From: Escherichia coli
GTDB lineage: Bacteria; Pseudomonadota; Gammaproteobacteria; Enterobacterales; Enterobacteriaceae
Assembly (NCBI RefSeq): GCF_003334785.1
Contig: NZ_QOWV01000015.1
Strand: one strand, 5' to 3'
Length of the DNA stretch: 64,000 nucleotides
Shown here: one piece after another, positions 42,590 through 53,038 of the stretch
How positions within the stretch are numbered: position 1 is the first letter of the stretch
Layout: each line of letters starts with the position of its first letter
Position numbers and translations under genes: made by a program
The notes under the pieces: model-generated
Told to the model about the DNA's origin: nothing
Seen by the model: the letters and a program-made list of their open reading frames with translations, nothing else
Databases searched by the model: none

Positions 42590-43841
42590 GTGCATCCCAA
42601 AGTAAGCGGCTGTCCAGCCATTCCACAGCAAGAATAGTCAAAATTACCGCTGCGCCGAAATAAAACGCAGCCGGTCCCATAGTAAAAGCGAGGATCTGAT
42701 CGCGATTAATCAGCGACATGGTTAAAGATATGACAAACAGGTCGAGCATCGACCAGCGACCAATCCAGGTCACCATCCGCAGTAACAGAATGCGTGTGCG
42801 TAAACCTTGCTGGCATTTAAAATGAATGCTCAACAGTAAAGTGAACATGACGATCACTTTAGTAAACGGTACCAGAATACTGGCGATAAACACGATTCCC
42901 GCAACCGCAATGTTGCTACTTGCCAGCGACATAATTCCGGAAAGAATTGTATCTTCCTGCCGTCCTCCGTTCAGATAAATGATAGAAATAGGCAACAGGT
43001 TGGCAGGTAACAACAAAACGATTGACGCTAACAGCGCCGCCCAGCATTTTTGCAAACTATGACGGCGACGCACGCGTAGCGGGATATGGCAACGCGGGCA
43101 GCGACCACGCTGATCAGGATAGCCGGTAAAATGGCACCCAAGACAGACACGGAGTTTCTCGTCCCTACGCGTAGCGGGGCGCTGCGGATAAAATCGCTCC
43201 CACAGCTCCTCGACATTAAGATGTGACAACGTCACCGTCGTTAAAATCACCAACGCCACAAAAGAGAACAAGCCCACACCCGCCTGGATATGGGCATAAT
43301 CCTGTACCTTTATAGAAGCAACGCCAATGCCGACCAGGTAGATATCCAGCATTACCCACTCTTTAAGTCGCTCAAGCATCAGCAGTACCGGGCGTAGATT
43401 CATTCCCAGTCGGTTACCAAACCATAAATAAACTATGGAGGTCACCAGAATGAGGGGGGCACCGATAACGCAGAAAAAGACCATCGACCCCGTTATCGCA
43501 TCGCCCTGTTTGGTCATTTGCCAGATGCCTTGCATAACGTTGGCGTCAATACGAATGCCTAACAGCCAGATATGCAACAGCGGTTCGCCCCAGGCAAACG
43601 GCATCAGCAACAGCATGGTGAAAGCCATTGCCGCCAGGCGCGTTAGCGACCAGTCGCGCCCGTCGCGAATTTTTGCCTGACAGCGCGGACAATAGGCACT
43701 CTGATGAGAATTTATCTCGGGCAGGCTAAACAGCATGTCACATTGCGGGCAACGTTGGTAATCACCACGCGGCAGTTCCTCGCCGATTGACCTCACTGTT
43801 ATCTTTTTTGTCGGCGTAATTTGTGGTGTGTTAAGAGCCAT
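42558..43841 (-). CDS. letA: LetA (YebS), PqiA-family inner membrane protein
   Basis: 427-aa polytopic ORF with Cys-rich zinc-ribbon-like motifs (CPQC...CPRC, CLGC...CPRC); 32-bp overlap with letB start. Confidence 0.9.
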   Translation of the reverse strand: MALNTPQITPTKKITVRSIGEELPRGDYQRCPQCDMLFSLPEINSHQSAYCPRCQAKIRDGRDWSLTRLAAMAFTMLLLMPFAWGEPLLHIWLLGIRIDANVMQGIWQMTKQGDAITGSMVFFCVIGAPLILVTSIVYLWFGNRLGMNLRPVLLMLERLKEWVMLDIYLVGIGVASIKVQDYAHIQAGVGLFSFVALVILTTVTLSHLNVEELWERFYPQRPATRRDEKLRVCLGCHFTGYPDQRGRCPRCHIPLRVRRRHSLQKCWAALLASIVLLLPANLLPISIIYLNGGRQEDTILSGIMSLASSNIAVAGIVFIASILVPFTKVIVMFTLLLSIHFKCQQGLRTRILLLRMVTWIGRWSMLDLFVISLTMSLINRDQILAFTMGPAAFYFGAAVILTILAVEWLDSRLLWDAHESGNARFDD

Positions 43842-43970
43842 GACGTGCCAAATGTAATAAGAATTAACATTAATATTAACCCATGATTGGAATGATCTTG
43901 AGCATTAACGCATTTAATGCTTATTTTAATAGGCTGGCAGTTCCAGGTAAGACAACCAAGTGATTATATA

Positions 43971-44468
43971 ATGAACAAAACAGAATTTTACGCGGATTTA
44001 AATCGCGACTTTAACGCGCTGATGGCGGGAGAAACCAGTTTTCTGGCAACGCTTGCGAACACCAGTGCGTTGTTATACGAGCGTCTCACTGACGTAAACT
44101 GGGCAGGTTTTTATTTGCTTGAGGACGATACACTGGTACTCGGACCATTTCAGGGCAAAATTGCCTGTGTCCGGATACCCGTCGGGCGCGGGGTGTGCGG
44201 CACTGCGGTTGCCCGCAATCAAGTGCAGCGTATCGAGGATGTTCACGCGTTTGACGGGCATATTGCCTGTGATGCGGCGAGTAATTCTGAAATTGTTCTG
44301 CCGCTGGTGGTGAAAAATCAGATTATTGGTGTTCTTGACATCGATAGTACCGTCTTCGGTCGCTTTACAGACGAGGACGAGCAAGGCTTACGTCAGCTTG
44401 TGGCACAGCTTGAAAAAGTGCTTGCAACGACGGATTACAAAAAATTCTTTGCGAGCGTCGCAGGATAA
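43971..44468 (+). CDS. msrC: free methionine-(R)-sulfoxide reductase (GAF domain)
   Basis: Trimmed to MNKTEFYADLNRDFNALMAGE..., 165 aa. Confidence 0.85.
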   Translation: MNKTEFYADLNRDFNALMAGETSFLATLANTSALLYERLTDVNWAGFYLLEDDTLVLGPFQGKIACVRIPVGRGVCGTAVARNQVQRIEDVHAFDGHIACDAASNSEIVLPLVVKNQIIGVLDIDSTVFGRFTDEDEQGLRQLVAQLEKVLATTDYKKFFASVAG

Positions 44469-44564
44469 TCAACGGATAACGTAGCATTTACTGGTAGCGT
44501 CATTATAATGACGCCTGTTCATGCCTGCGCTTGTTGGCTACGTCCGTTGTAATCAGGAAATTTC

Positions 44565-45263
44565 ATGGAAAATCAACCTAAGTTGAATAGCAGTAAAGAA
44601 GTAATCGCGTTTCTGGCCGAACGTTTTCCCCACTGTTTCAGTGCGGAAGGTGAAGCGCGTCCGCTGAAAATCGGTATTTTTCAGGATTTGGTCGATCGTG
44701 TTGCTGGGGAAATGAACCTGAGCAAAACGCAATTGCGATCCGCTTTACGTCTCTACACTTCGAGCTGGCGTTATCTTTACGGTGTTAAACCCGGCGCAAC
44801 GCGTGTCGATCTTGACGGCAACCCATGCGGTGAGCTGGACGAGCAACATGTAGAGCATGCTCGCAAGCAGCTTGAAGAAGCGAAAGCGCGTGTTCAGGCA
44901 CAGCGTGCTGAACAGCAAGCGAAAAAACGCGAAGCTGCCGCAACTGCTGGTGAGAAAGAAGACGCACCGCGCCGCGAACGCAAGCCACGTCCGACTACGC
45001 CACGCCGCAAAGAAGGCGCTGAACGTAAACCTCGTGCGCAAAAGCCGGTAGAGAAAGCGCCAAAAACAGTAAAAGCACCTCGCGAAGAACAGCACACCCC
45101 GGTTTCTGACATTTCAGCTCTGACTGTCGGACAAGCCCTGAAGGTGAAAGCGGGTCAAAACGCGATGGATGCCACCGTATTAGAAATCACCAAAGACGGC
45201 GTCCGCGTCCAGCTGAATTCGGGTATGTCTTTGATTGTGCGCGCAGAACACCTGGTGTTCTGA
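44565..45263 (+). CDS. proQ: RNA chaperone ProQ
   Basis: 232-aa [28 protein letters not shown]... with basic linker and C-terminal Tudor-like region. Confidence 0.9.
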
Positions 45264-45282
45264 AACGGAGGCCGGGCCAGGC

Positions 45283-47331
45283 ATGAACATGTTTTTTAGG
45301 CTTACCGCGTTAGCTGGCCTGCTTGCAATAGCAGGCCAGACCTTCGCTGTAGAAGATATCACGCGTGCTGATCAAATTCCGGTATTAAAGGAAGAGACGC
45401 AGCATGCGACGGTAAGTGAGCGCGTAACGTCGCGCTTCACCCGTTCTCATTATCGCCAGTTCGACCTCGATCAGGCATTTTCGGCCAAAATCTTTGACCG
45501 CTACCTGAATCTGCTCGATTACAGCCACAACGTGCTGCTGGCAAGCGATGTTGAACAGTTCGCGAAAAAGAAAACCGAGTTAGGCGATGAACTGCGTTCA
45601 GGCAAACTCGACGTTTTCTACGATCTCTACAATCTGGCGCAAAAGCGCCGTTTTGAGCGTTACCAGTACGCTTTGTCGGTACTGGAAAAGCCGATGGATT
45701 TCACCGGCAACGACACTTATAACCTTGACCGCAGCAAAGCGCCCTGGCCGAAAAACGAGGCTGAGTTGAACGCGCTGTGGGACAGTAAAGTCAAATTCGA
45801 CGAGTTAAGCCTGAAGCTGACAGGAAAAACGGATAAAGAAATTCGTGAAACCCTGACTCGCCGCTACAAATTTGCCATTCGTCGTCTGGCGCAAACCAAC
45901 AGCGAAGATGTTTTCTCGCTGGCAATGACGGCGTTTGCGCGTGAAATCGACCCGCATACCAACTATCTTTCCCCGCGTAATACCGAACAGTTCAACACTG
46001 AAATGAGTTTGTCGCTGGAAGGTATTGGCGCAGTGCTGCAAATGGATGATGACTACACCGTTATCAATTCGATGGTGGCAGGTGGTCCGGCAGCGAAGAG
46101 TAAAGCTATCAGCGTTGGTGACAAAATTGTCGGTGTTGGTCAAACAGGCAAGCCGATGGTTGACGTGATTGGCTGGCGTCTTGATGATGTGGTTGCCTTA
46201 ATTAAAGGGCCGAAGGGCAGTAAAGTTCGTCTGGAAATTTTACCTGCTGGTAAAGGGACCAAGACCCGCACTGTAACATTGACCCGTGAACGTATTCGTC
46301 TCGAAGACCGCGCGGTTAAAATGTCGGTGAAGACCGTCGGTAAAGAGAAAGTCGGCGTGCTGGATATTCCGGGCTTCTATGTGGGTTTGACAGACGATGT
46401 CAAAGTTCAACTGCAGAAACTGGAAAAACAGAATGTCAGCAGTGTGATCATCGACCTGCGTAGCAATGGCGGTGGGGCGTTGACCGAAGCGGTATCGCTC
46501 TCAGGTCTGTTTATTCCTGCGGGTCCCATTGTTCAGGTCCGCGATAACAACGGCAAGGTTCGTGAAGACAGCGATACCGACGGGCAGGTGTTCTATAAAG
46601 GCCCGCTGGTGGTACTGGTTGACCGTTTCAGTGCTTCGGCTTCAGAAATCTTTGCCGCGGCAATGCAGGATTACGGTCGTGCGCTGGTTGTGGGTGAACC
46701 GACGTTTGGTAAAGGCACCGTTCAGCAATACCGTTCATTGAACCGTATTTACGATCAGATGTTACGTCCTGAATGGCCAGCGCTGGGTTCTGTGCAGTAC
46801 ACGATCCAGAAATTCTATCGCGTTAACGGCGGCAGTACGCAACGTAAAGGCGTAACGCCAGACATCATCATGCCGACGGGTAATGAAGAAACGGAAACGG
46901 GTGAGAAATTCGAAGATAACGCGCTGCCGTGGGATAGCATCGATGCCGCGACTTATGTGAAATCAGGAGATTTAACTGCCTTTGAACCGGAGCTGCTGAA
47001 GGAACATAATGCGCGTATCGCGAAAGATCCTGAGTTCCAGAACATCATGAAGGATATCGCGCGCTTCAACGCTATGAAGGACAAGCGCAATATCGTTTCT
47101 CTGAACTACGCTGTGCGTGAGAAAGAGAATAATGAAGATGATGCGACGCGTCTGGCGCGTTTGAACGAACGCTTTAAACGCGAAGGTAAACCGGAGTTGA
47201 AGAAGCTGGATGATCTACCGAAAGATTACCAGGAGCCGGATCCTTATCTGGATGAGACGGTGAATATCGCACTCGATCTGGCGAAGCTTGAAAAAGCCAG
47301 ACCCGCGGAACAACCCGCTCCCGTCAAGTAA
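45283..47331 (+). CDS. prc: tail-specific protease Prc (Tsp)
   Basis: Trimmed to MNMFFRLTALAGLLAIAGQTFA (signal peptide); S41 peptidase with PDZ domain; 682 aa. Confidence 0.9.
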   Translation: MNMFFRLTALAGLLAIAGQTFAVEDITRADQIPVLKEETQHATVSERVTSRFTRSHYRQFDLDQAFSAKIFDRYLNLLDYSHNVLLASDVEQFAKKKTELGDELRSGKLDVFYDLYNLAQKRRFERYQYALSVLEKPMDFTGNDTYNLDRSKAPWPKNEAELNALWDSKVKFDELSLKLTGKTDKEIRETLTRRYKFAIRRLAQTNSEDVFSLAMTAFAREIDPHTNYLSPRNTEQFNTEMSLSLEGIGAVLQMDDDYTVINSMVAGGPAAKSKAISVGDKIVGVGQTGKPMVDVIGWRLDDVVALIKGPKGSKVRLEILPAGKGTKTRTVTLTRERIRLEDRAVKMSVKTVGKEKVGVLDIPGFYVGLTDDVKVQLQKLEKQNVSSVIIDLRSNGGGALTEAVSLSGLFIPAGPIVQVRDNNGKVREDSDTDGQVFYKGPLVVLVDRFSASASEIFAAAMQDYGRALVVGEPTFGKGTVQQYRSLNRIYDQMLRPEWPALGSVQYTIQKFYRVNGGSTQRKGVTPDIIMPTGNEETETGEKFEDNALPWDSIDAATYVKSGDLTAFEPELLKEHNARIAKDPEFQNIMKDIARFNAMKDKRNIVSLNYAVREKENNEDDATRLARLNERFKREGKPELKKLDDLPKDYQEPDPYLDETVNIALDLAKLEKARPAEQPAPVK

Positions 47332-47338
47332 TATCAAT

Positions 47339-47367
47339 CAGGCACAAGAAATTGTGCCTGATTTTTT
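47339..47367 (+). terminator. intrinsic terminator after prc
   Basis: caggcacaagaaattgtgcctg hairpin plus T-run. Confidence 0.75.
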
Positions 47368-47522
47368 AACAGCGGCAAGATGCCGTAAATCAGATGCTAC
47401 AAAATGTAAAGTTGTGTCTTTCTGGTGACTTACGCACTATCCAGACTTGAAAATAGTCGCGTAACCCATACGATGTGGGTATCGCATATTGCGTTTTGTT
47501 AAACTGAGGTAAAAAGAAAATT

Positions 47523-48404
47523 ATGATGCGAATCGCGCTCTTCCTGCTAACGAACCTGGCCGTAATGGTCGTTTTCGGGCTGGTACTGAGCCTGACAGGG
47601 ATACAGTCGAGCAGCGTTCAGGGGCTGATGATCATGGCCTTGCTGTTCGGTTTTGGTGGTTCCTTCGTTTCGCTTCTGATGTCCAAATGGATGGCATTAC
47701 GATCTGTTGGCGGGGAAGTGATCGAGCAACCGCGTAACGAAAGGGAACGTTGGCTGGTCAATACTGTAGCAACCCAGGCTCGTCAGGCGGGGATCGCTAT
47801 GCCGCAAGTGGCTATCTACCATGCGCCGGACATCAACGCTTTTGCAACCGGTGCGCGCCGTGATGCCTCTCTGGTTGCTGTCAGCACCGGTTTGCTGCAG
47901 AACATGAGCCCGGATGAAGCCGAGGCGGTAATTGCTCACGAAATCAGCCACATCGCCAATGGTGATATGGTTACCATGACGCTGATTCAGGGCGTGGTGA
48001 ACACCTTCGTTATCTTTATTTCCCGTATTCTGGCGCAGCTTGCCGCGGGTTTTATGGGCGGAAATCGTGATGAAGGTGAAGAGAGCAACGGCAACCCGCT
48101 GATCTACTTTGCGGTTGCAACGGTTCTGGAACTGGTGTTTGGTATTCTGGCGAGCATTATCACCATGTGGTTCTCGCGTCATCGTGAATTCCATGCTGAT
48201 GCCGGTTCGGCAAAACTGGTTGGTCGCGAGAAAATGATTGCCGCGCTGCAGCGCCTGAAAACCAGCTATGAACCGCAAGAAGCAACCAGCATGATGGCTC
48301 TCTGCATTAACGGTAAGTCGAAATCGCTCAGTGAGTTGTTCATGACCCACCCGCCGCTGGATAAACGAATTGAAGCTCTGCGTACGGGTGAATACCTGAA
48401 GTAA
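47523..48404 (+). CDS. htpX: membrane zinc metalloprotease HtpX
   Basis: 293-aa ORF with HEISH zinc motif ([10 protein letters not shown]) and TM segments. Confidence 0.9.
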   Translation: MMRIALFLLTNLAVMVVFGLVLSLTGIQSSSVQGLMIMALLFGFGGSFVSLLMSKWMALRSVGGEVIEQPRNERERWLVNTVATQARQAGIAMPQVAIYHAPDINAFATGARRDASLVAVSTGLLQNMSPDEAEAVIAHEISHIANGDMVTMTLIQGVVNTFVIFISRILAQLAAGFMGGNRDEGEESNGNPLIYFAVATVLELVFGILASIITMWFSRHREFHADAGSAKLVGREKMIAALQRLKTSYEPQEATSMMALCINGKSKSLSELFMTHPPLDKRIEALRTGEYLK

Positions 48405-48420
48405 TATGAAGTAAATACTA

Positions 48421-48451
48421 AAAAGCGCGTCCTGATCGACGCGCTTTTTTT
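48421..48451. terminator. bidirectional terminator between htpX and yebQ
   Basis: aaaagcgcgtcctgatcgacgcgcttttttt. Confidence 0.75.
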
Positions 48452-49823
48452 ATGCCCTGGATCGTGGCTGAGTGATACGTAAACCACTGACACAGGCAGC
48501 AATCACTGCCAGAATAGCCGCAGCCATCAGCGAGACGTGTGTACCATTATCTCCAAACTGATTTAGCATCAGCGCCACCAGCGCCGCGCCGCTACTCTGA
48601 CCCAGTAGACGAGCCGTTCCTAACATGCCACTGGCTCCACCGCTACGTTCGCGAGGCGCGGAGGTAATAATGGTGTGGTTATTGGGTGACTGGAATAAGC
48701 CAAATCCAGCACCACATAAGATCATCGGCCAGATAATATTGATATCCGCAGGTGACGCGGGCAGCAGAACCAGGGAAAAAAGCCCCGCAGCCATGATGAA
48801 CAACCCTAAAGCCCCCAGCAATCCTGCATGTACGCGTTCAATCAAATAGCCTGCCAGCGGAGCCATCACCATCGTTGCTAACGGCCACGGTGTCAGAAGT
48901 AAACCTGTTTCGACTTCACTACGCCCGAGCACGGTTTGCAGGTAAAAGGGCAGGGAAACCATTGCCAGCATTTGTGCGCAGAAAGAGCAAACAGATGTGC
49001 AAATAGAAAGTGAAAACAGCGGGATACGCAGTAAATCCACCGGTAGCAGCGGTACGGGAAGAGAAAGCTGGCGGCGAATAAAGAAAATACCAACAACAAC
49101 CATTACCACCAGTTCCGCAGCAATTAACGTCAGCGATTGCCCCTGAGCGAAACCACTCAACGCAGTGATAAGCAGGCCGAAGGTTAACGCGTTCATCACG
49201 GCGCTGGGCAGGTCGAAACGGGGTTTACTGGCGCGAGAACCATTGGGTGGCAGAAAACGCATCGCCAGAAGCAGGGCGATAATACCTAACGGTACGTTGA
49301 TTAAAAATAACCATTTCCAGGATGCGATGGAGAGGATTGCTGCAGCAATTGTCGGCCCGGCAGCAGAAGAGACGGCAACAATAAACGAGTTTATGCCCAT
49401 CCCTCTACCCAGAAAACGTTGTGGATAGATCAGGCGGATAAGTGCGGTATTAACGCTCATCAACGCTGCACCGCCGAAACCTTGTATGACACGCGCAAGG
49501 GTGAGCATTTGCAGCGAATCAGAAAGGGCGCAGAACAGTGAAGACAACAGAAAAACGACCAGACCGCATTTATAAATACGTCGATAGCCAAACATATCGC
49601 CCAGAAACGAAAACGAGAGCAGGGAGATGACAATGGCGATTTGATAGGCGTTCACTACCCAGATGGAACTGGCTGGCGTGGCATGAAGGTCCGTGGCGAT
49701 TGTTGGCAGGGCGACGTTGGCGATTGCGCCGTCAAGGACGGCCATCGAAATACCAATCACAATGGTTAATATCGCACCGTATCGCTGGGGCAATGGCAGG
49801 CCGTCGGCCTGAACTTTTGGCAT
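48450..49823 (-). CDS. yebQ: YebQ, MFS-family transporter
   Basis: Track ORF trimmed to MPKVQADGLPLPQRYGAILTIVIG... (457 aa); 14-TM MFS-like. Confidence 0.85.
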   Translation of the reverse strand: MPKVQADGLPLPQRYGAILTIVIGISMAVLDGAIANVALPTIATDLHATPASSIWVVNAYQIAIVISLLSFSFLGDMFGYRRIYKCGLVVFLLSSLFCALSDSLQMLTLARVIQGFGGAALMSVNTALIRLIYPQRFLGRGMGINSFIVAVSSAAGPTIAAAILSIASWKWLFLINVPLGIIALLLAMRFLPPNGSRASKPRFDLPSAVMNALTFGLLITALSGFAQGQSLTLIAAELVVMVVVGIFFIRRQLSLPVPLLPVDLLRIPLFSLSICTSVCSFCAQMLAMVSLPFYLQTVLGRSEVETGLLLTPWPLATMVMAPLAGYLIERVHAGLLGALGLFIMAAGLFSLVLLPASPADINIIWPMILCGAGFGLFQSPNNHTIITSAPRERSGGASGMLGTARLLGQSSGAALVALMLNQFGDNGTHVSLMAAAILAVIAACVSGLRITQPRSRA

Positions 49824-49999
49824 AGGAATTTTATATCTTTGGTGAATAATCAACAGGGGTATGATTCTAGCACTGATATTCACGGTGGATGTCGCAGAAT
49901 TGTAACTAACCGGCAAAAGATGGATTGCGACCACCCTGGTGCGAAATTATAATAAAAAACAGTTCTGATTTTTATAAAACACTCGCAATGAGGTGATAA

Positions 50000-50791
50000 A
50001 TGGCTAACGCAGATCTGGATAAACAGCCTGATTCTGTATCTTCCGTGCTAAAAGTTTTTGGCATTTTGCAGGCGCTGGGTGAAGAGCGCGAAATAGGGAT
50101 AACCGAGCTGTCGCAGCGCGTCATGATGTCAAAAAGCACCGTTTATCGCTTTTTACAGACCATGAAAACCTTAGGTTATGTGGCGCAGGAAGGGGAGTCG
50201 GAGAAATATTCCCTGACCCTGAAATTGTTTGAACTGGGCGCTCGCGCGTTACAAAACGTCGATTTAATTCGTAGCGCAGATATCCAGATGCGTGAGCTCT
50301 CCCGCCTGACCAAAGAAACTATCCACCTCGGCGCACTGGACGAAGACAGTATTGTTTACATTCACAAAATTGACTCTATGTACAATTTGCGCATGTATTC
50401 ACGGATTGGGCGTCGTAATCCGCTGTACAGCACCGCGATTGGTAAGGTACTGCTGGCATGGCGCGATCGCGATGAAGTGAAGCAAATTCTTGAGGGCGTG
50501 GAGTATAAACGCAGTACCGAGCGGACCATCACCAGTACAGAAGCGTTATTACCCGTTCTGGACCAGGTGCGCGAGCAGGGGTATGGCGAAGATAATGAAG
50601 AGCAGGAAGAAGGGCTGCGATGCATTGCGGTACCGGTATTTGATCGCTTTGGCGTGGTCATTGCCGGTTTGAGCATCTCCTTCCCGACGTTGCGTTTCTC
50701 TGAAGAGCGTTTACAGGAATATGTCGCAATGTTGCATACCGCAGCGCGCAAAATTTCTGCCCAAATGGGTTATCACGACTATCCGTTCTGA
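50000..50791 (+). CDS. kdgR: KdgR, IclR-family transcriptional repressor
   Basis: 263-aa ORF with IclR HTH ITELSQRVMMSKSTVYRFLQTM. Confidence 0.9.
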   Translation: MANADLDKQPDSVSSVLKVFGILQALGEEREIGITELSQRVMMSKSTVYRFLQTMKTLGYVAQEGESEKYSLTLKLFELGARALQNVDLIRSADIQMRELSRLTKETIHLGALDEDSIVYIHKIDSMYNLRMYSRIGRRNPLYSTAIGKVLLAWRDRDEVKQILEGVEYKRSTERTITSTEALLPVLDQVREQGYGEDNEEQEEGLRCIAVPVFDRFGVVIAGLSISFPTLRFSEERLQEYVAMLHTAARKISAQMGYHDYPF

Positions 50792-50800
50792 TGAGAGTAA

Positions 50801-50838
50801 GAACCTGTCGGAATATCAAACAGACAGGTTCTTTATTT
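50801..50838 (+). terminator. intrinsic terminator after kdgR
   Basis: gaacctgtcggaatatcaaacagacaggttc plus T-rich tail. Confidence 0.7.
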
Positions 50839-50934
50839 AGCATGAGAAAAATAAAGTTGAAGGTGGCGTTATATTAAACGCGCTTGCTATAAGAGTATTT
50901 TACTCAGGAGTGAGAATCTGGTTATTTATTGCCC

Positions 50935-51174
50935 TTAACCATTATCGACCACGATATTGCTTTTGCGTAACAGCGGGCAATCTGTTATCCCCAAAAAACC
51001 ACTTTTAGTGTGCAAGTATTGTACCGTGCTGGTGCCTCTGGCAGTCAGATAGGTACATTGCAAACCTAATCCTGCGGCATTCTCTTTGCTTCCAATCAAA
51101 ACGCCATATCCGCTGAGTAATAATCCTATCCAGACCAGTGCTATCAGCATAACTGTGCGAATGATGAATCGCAT
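50935..51174 (-). CDS. yobH: YobH, small secreted/membrane protein
   Basis: 79-aa ORF MRFIIRTVMLIALVWIGLLLSGYGV... with hydrophobic N-terminus. Confidence 0.7.
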   Translation of the reverse strand: MRFIIRTVMLIALVWIGLLLSGYGVLIGSKENAAGLGLQCTYLTARGTSTVQYLHTKSGFLGITDCPLLRKSNIVVDNG

Positions 51175-51276
51175 TACAACCTCTTCTCTTTTTATGTTCG
51201 CTTAATCGTAGCGGCAATATGCGCTGAAGCAAGCGACTCATTCCGAAAAAGCACGAATATCGACATAGTTAGGCGC

Positions 51277-51303
51277 TGTTTAACTAACGCATGCTAGTTT
51301 AAT
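51277..51303 (+). promoter_or_regulatory. putative PhoP box and -10 element of mgrB promoter
   Basis: TGTTTA-actaa-cgcatg (half-site 2 degenerate) then TTTAAT about 30 bp upstream of the mgrB start; recall-based. Confidence 0.35.
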
Positions 51304-51332
51304 GACATAAGGTAGGTGAAACGGAGATTGGA

Positions 51333-51476
51333 GTGAAAAAGTTTCGATGGGTCGTTCTGGTTGTCGTGGTGTTGGCTTGCTTGCTGCTTTGGGCGCAGGT
51401 ATTCAACATGATGTGCGATCAGGATGTACAATTTTTCAGCGGAATTTGTGCCATTAACCAGTTTATCCCGTGGTGA
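51333..51476 (+). CDS. mgrB: MgrB, 47-aa membrane peptide, negative feedback regulator of PhoQ
   Basis: GTG-start [50 protein letters not shown] read by eye; below the track's 60-aa cutoff (track shows only a spurious minus-strand ORF). Confidence 0.8.
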
Positions 51477-51550
51477 TATCATTTTTTCAGCACTAGATTT
51501 TCTTCCTCTCCAGCAGTGGTAGAATAGCGCCTCTACTCAGAGGTGGTGAA

Positions 51551-51838
51551 ATGAACGAAGTTGTAAATTCAGGCGTGATGAACATTGCGTCTTTGGTTGT
51601 ATCGGTGGTGGTTCTTCTTATCGGGCTCATCTTGTGGTTTTTTATCAATCGTGCCAGTTCACGGACTAACGAACAGATTGAACTGCTTGAGGCGTTGCTG
51701 GATCAGCAAAAACGTCAAAATGCACTGTTACGTCGTTTGTGCGAAGCAAACGAACCAGAGAAAGCAGATAAAAAGACCGTTGAGAGTCAAAAATCGGTTG
51801 AAGACGAAGATATTATTCGTCTGGTCGCCGAACGATAA
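51551..51838 (+). CDS. yebO: YebO, small membrane protein
   Basis: 95-aa ORF MNEVVNSGVMNIASLVVSVVVLLIGLILWFF... Confidence 0.7.
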   Translation: MNEVVNSGVMNIASLVVSVVVLLIGLILWFFINRASSRTNEQIELLEALLDQQKRQNALLRRLCEANEPEKADKKTVESQKSVEDEDIIRLVAER

Positions 51839-52507
51839 TCCTTCCTCAATCTTGAGTAACCCCGTCGTTGAAGGGTTACTCAATTCATCCTGATTATACG
51901 CACTGTCATGGTGCAACTGCTTCAAATTAAAACTCTGGTCTGACTTCAAATAATTATCATATTATTTATTTGCGTAACGGGATATCAGAAAAAGATATTT
52001 ACCCCATTAATTTATTAGGATGTTTACATCGGATTTGTGATTAAGCGTGGTATTATTTATTAGCGAAACGTTTCTCTCTTGATTTTTTTGCTCATTCATC
52101 AATTTTTCTTATTTTAAATTTACAATCCCTTTGGGGATTGACTTCTCTTTAGGGTAATTAATAGCCGTTAACTGACTGTTTTATGAGAAAAAGTGATATA
52201 ACTTTTTATTCATTGCATAGCAAAAAATGTGATATTGCACGCACTATGTAATAACTTCTCCCACTGGCCTGGAACAACTGAACTTATTGAACTATGTTAG
52301 AAAATACGCCAGTTTAAGTATCTGCCTGAACTGGCAAGGTTAAGCACAATGATATATCGGCGCGTATTCCGTTGCATAAGTGTGCAAAAAAAGTGGAAGA
52401 CGTATCGAGATTTGTGCGTCTGATCGAGACATGTTTAAAAATGGCTTGCCATAATTAACGTTGTATGTGATAACAGATTTCGGGTTAAACGAGGTACAGT
52501 TCTGTTT

Positions 52508-52651
52508 ATGTGTGGCATTTTCAGTAAAGAAGTCCTGAGTAAACACGTTGACGTTGAATACCGCTTCTCTGCCGAGCCTTATATTGGTGCCTCATGCAGT
52601 AATGTGTCAGTTTTATCTATGTTATGCCTGCGGGCGAAGAAAACAATCTAA
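52508..52651 (+). CDS. yobF: YobF, 47-aa small stress-induced protein
   Basis: [53 protein letters not shown] read by eye; 12 bp upstream of cspC; below track cutoff. Confidence 0.7.
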
Positions 52652-52663
52652 GGAATTTTTCAA

Positions 52664-52873
52664 ATGGCAAAGATTAAAGGTCAGGTTAAGTGGTTCAACG
52701 AGTCTAAAGGTTTTGGCTTCATTACTCCGGCTGATGGCAGCAAAGATGTGTTCGTACACTTCTCCGCTATCCAGGGTAATGGCTTCAAAACTCTGGCTGA
52801 AGGTCAGAACGTTGAGTTCGAAATTCAGGACGGCCAGAAAGGTCCGGCAGCTGTTAACGTAACAGCTATCTGA
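52664..52873 (+). CDS. cspC: cold-shock-domain protein CspC
   Basis: 69-aa [40 protein letters not shown]... with RNP1 motif. Confidence 0.95.
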
Positions 52874-52919
52874 TCGAATCCACTGATCTGAAGTGTGAAT
52901 ACGCTTCAATCTCGCTATA

Positions 52920-52947
52920 AAGCCTCGTCGAATGCGAGGCTTTTTAC
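52920..52947 (+). terminator. intrinsic terminator after cspC
   Basis: aagcctcgtcgaatgcgaggcttttt. Confidence 0.8.
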
Positions 52948-53038
52948 TATGCTTTATCTTCGCTCCTGGCGTTCGGATATTTGCCCGCCGCGTGATTCGC
53001 GTTACACTTGCGGCCTTTAGTATCCTGCCGGAGTTGTC

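Noticed and set aside
51294-51482. 62-aa minus-strand ORF at the mgrB locus
   Set aside because: The opposite-strand 47-aa GTG-start frame is the recognisable MgrB peptide; the minus-strand ORF has no support.
52548-52862. 104-aa plus-strand ORF spanning yobF and cspC
   Set aside because: Out of frame relative to both real genes and overlaps the strongly supported cspC frame.
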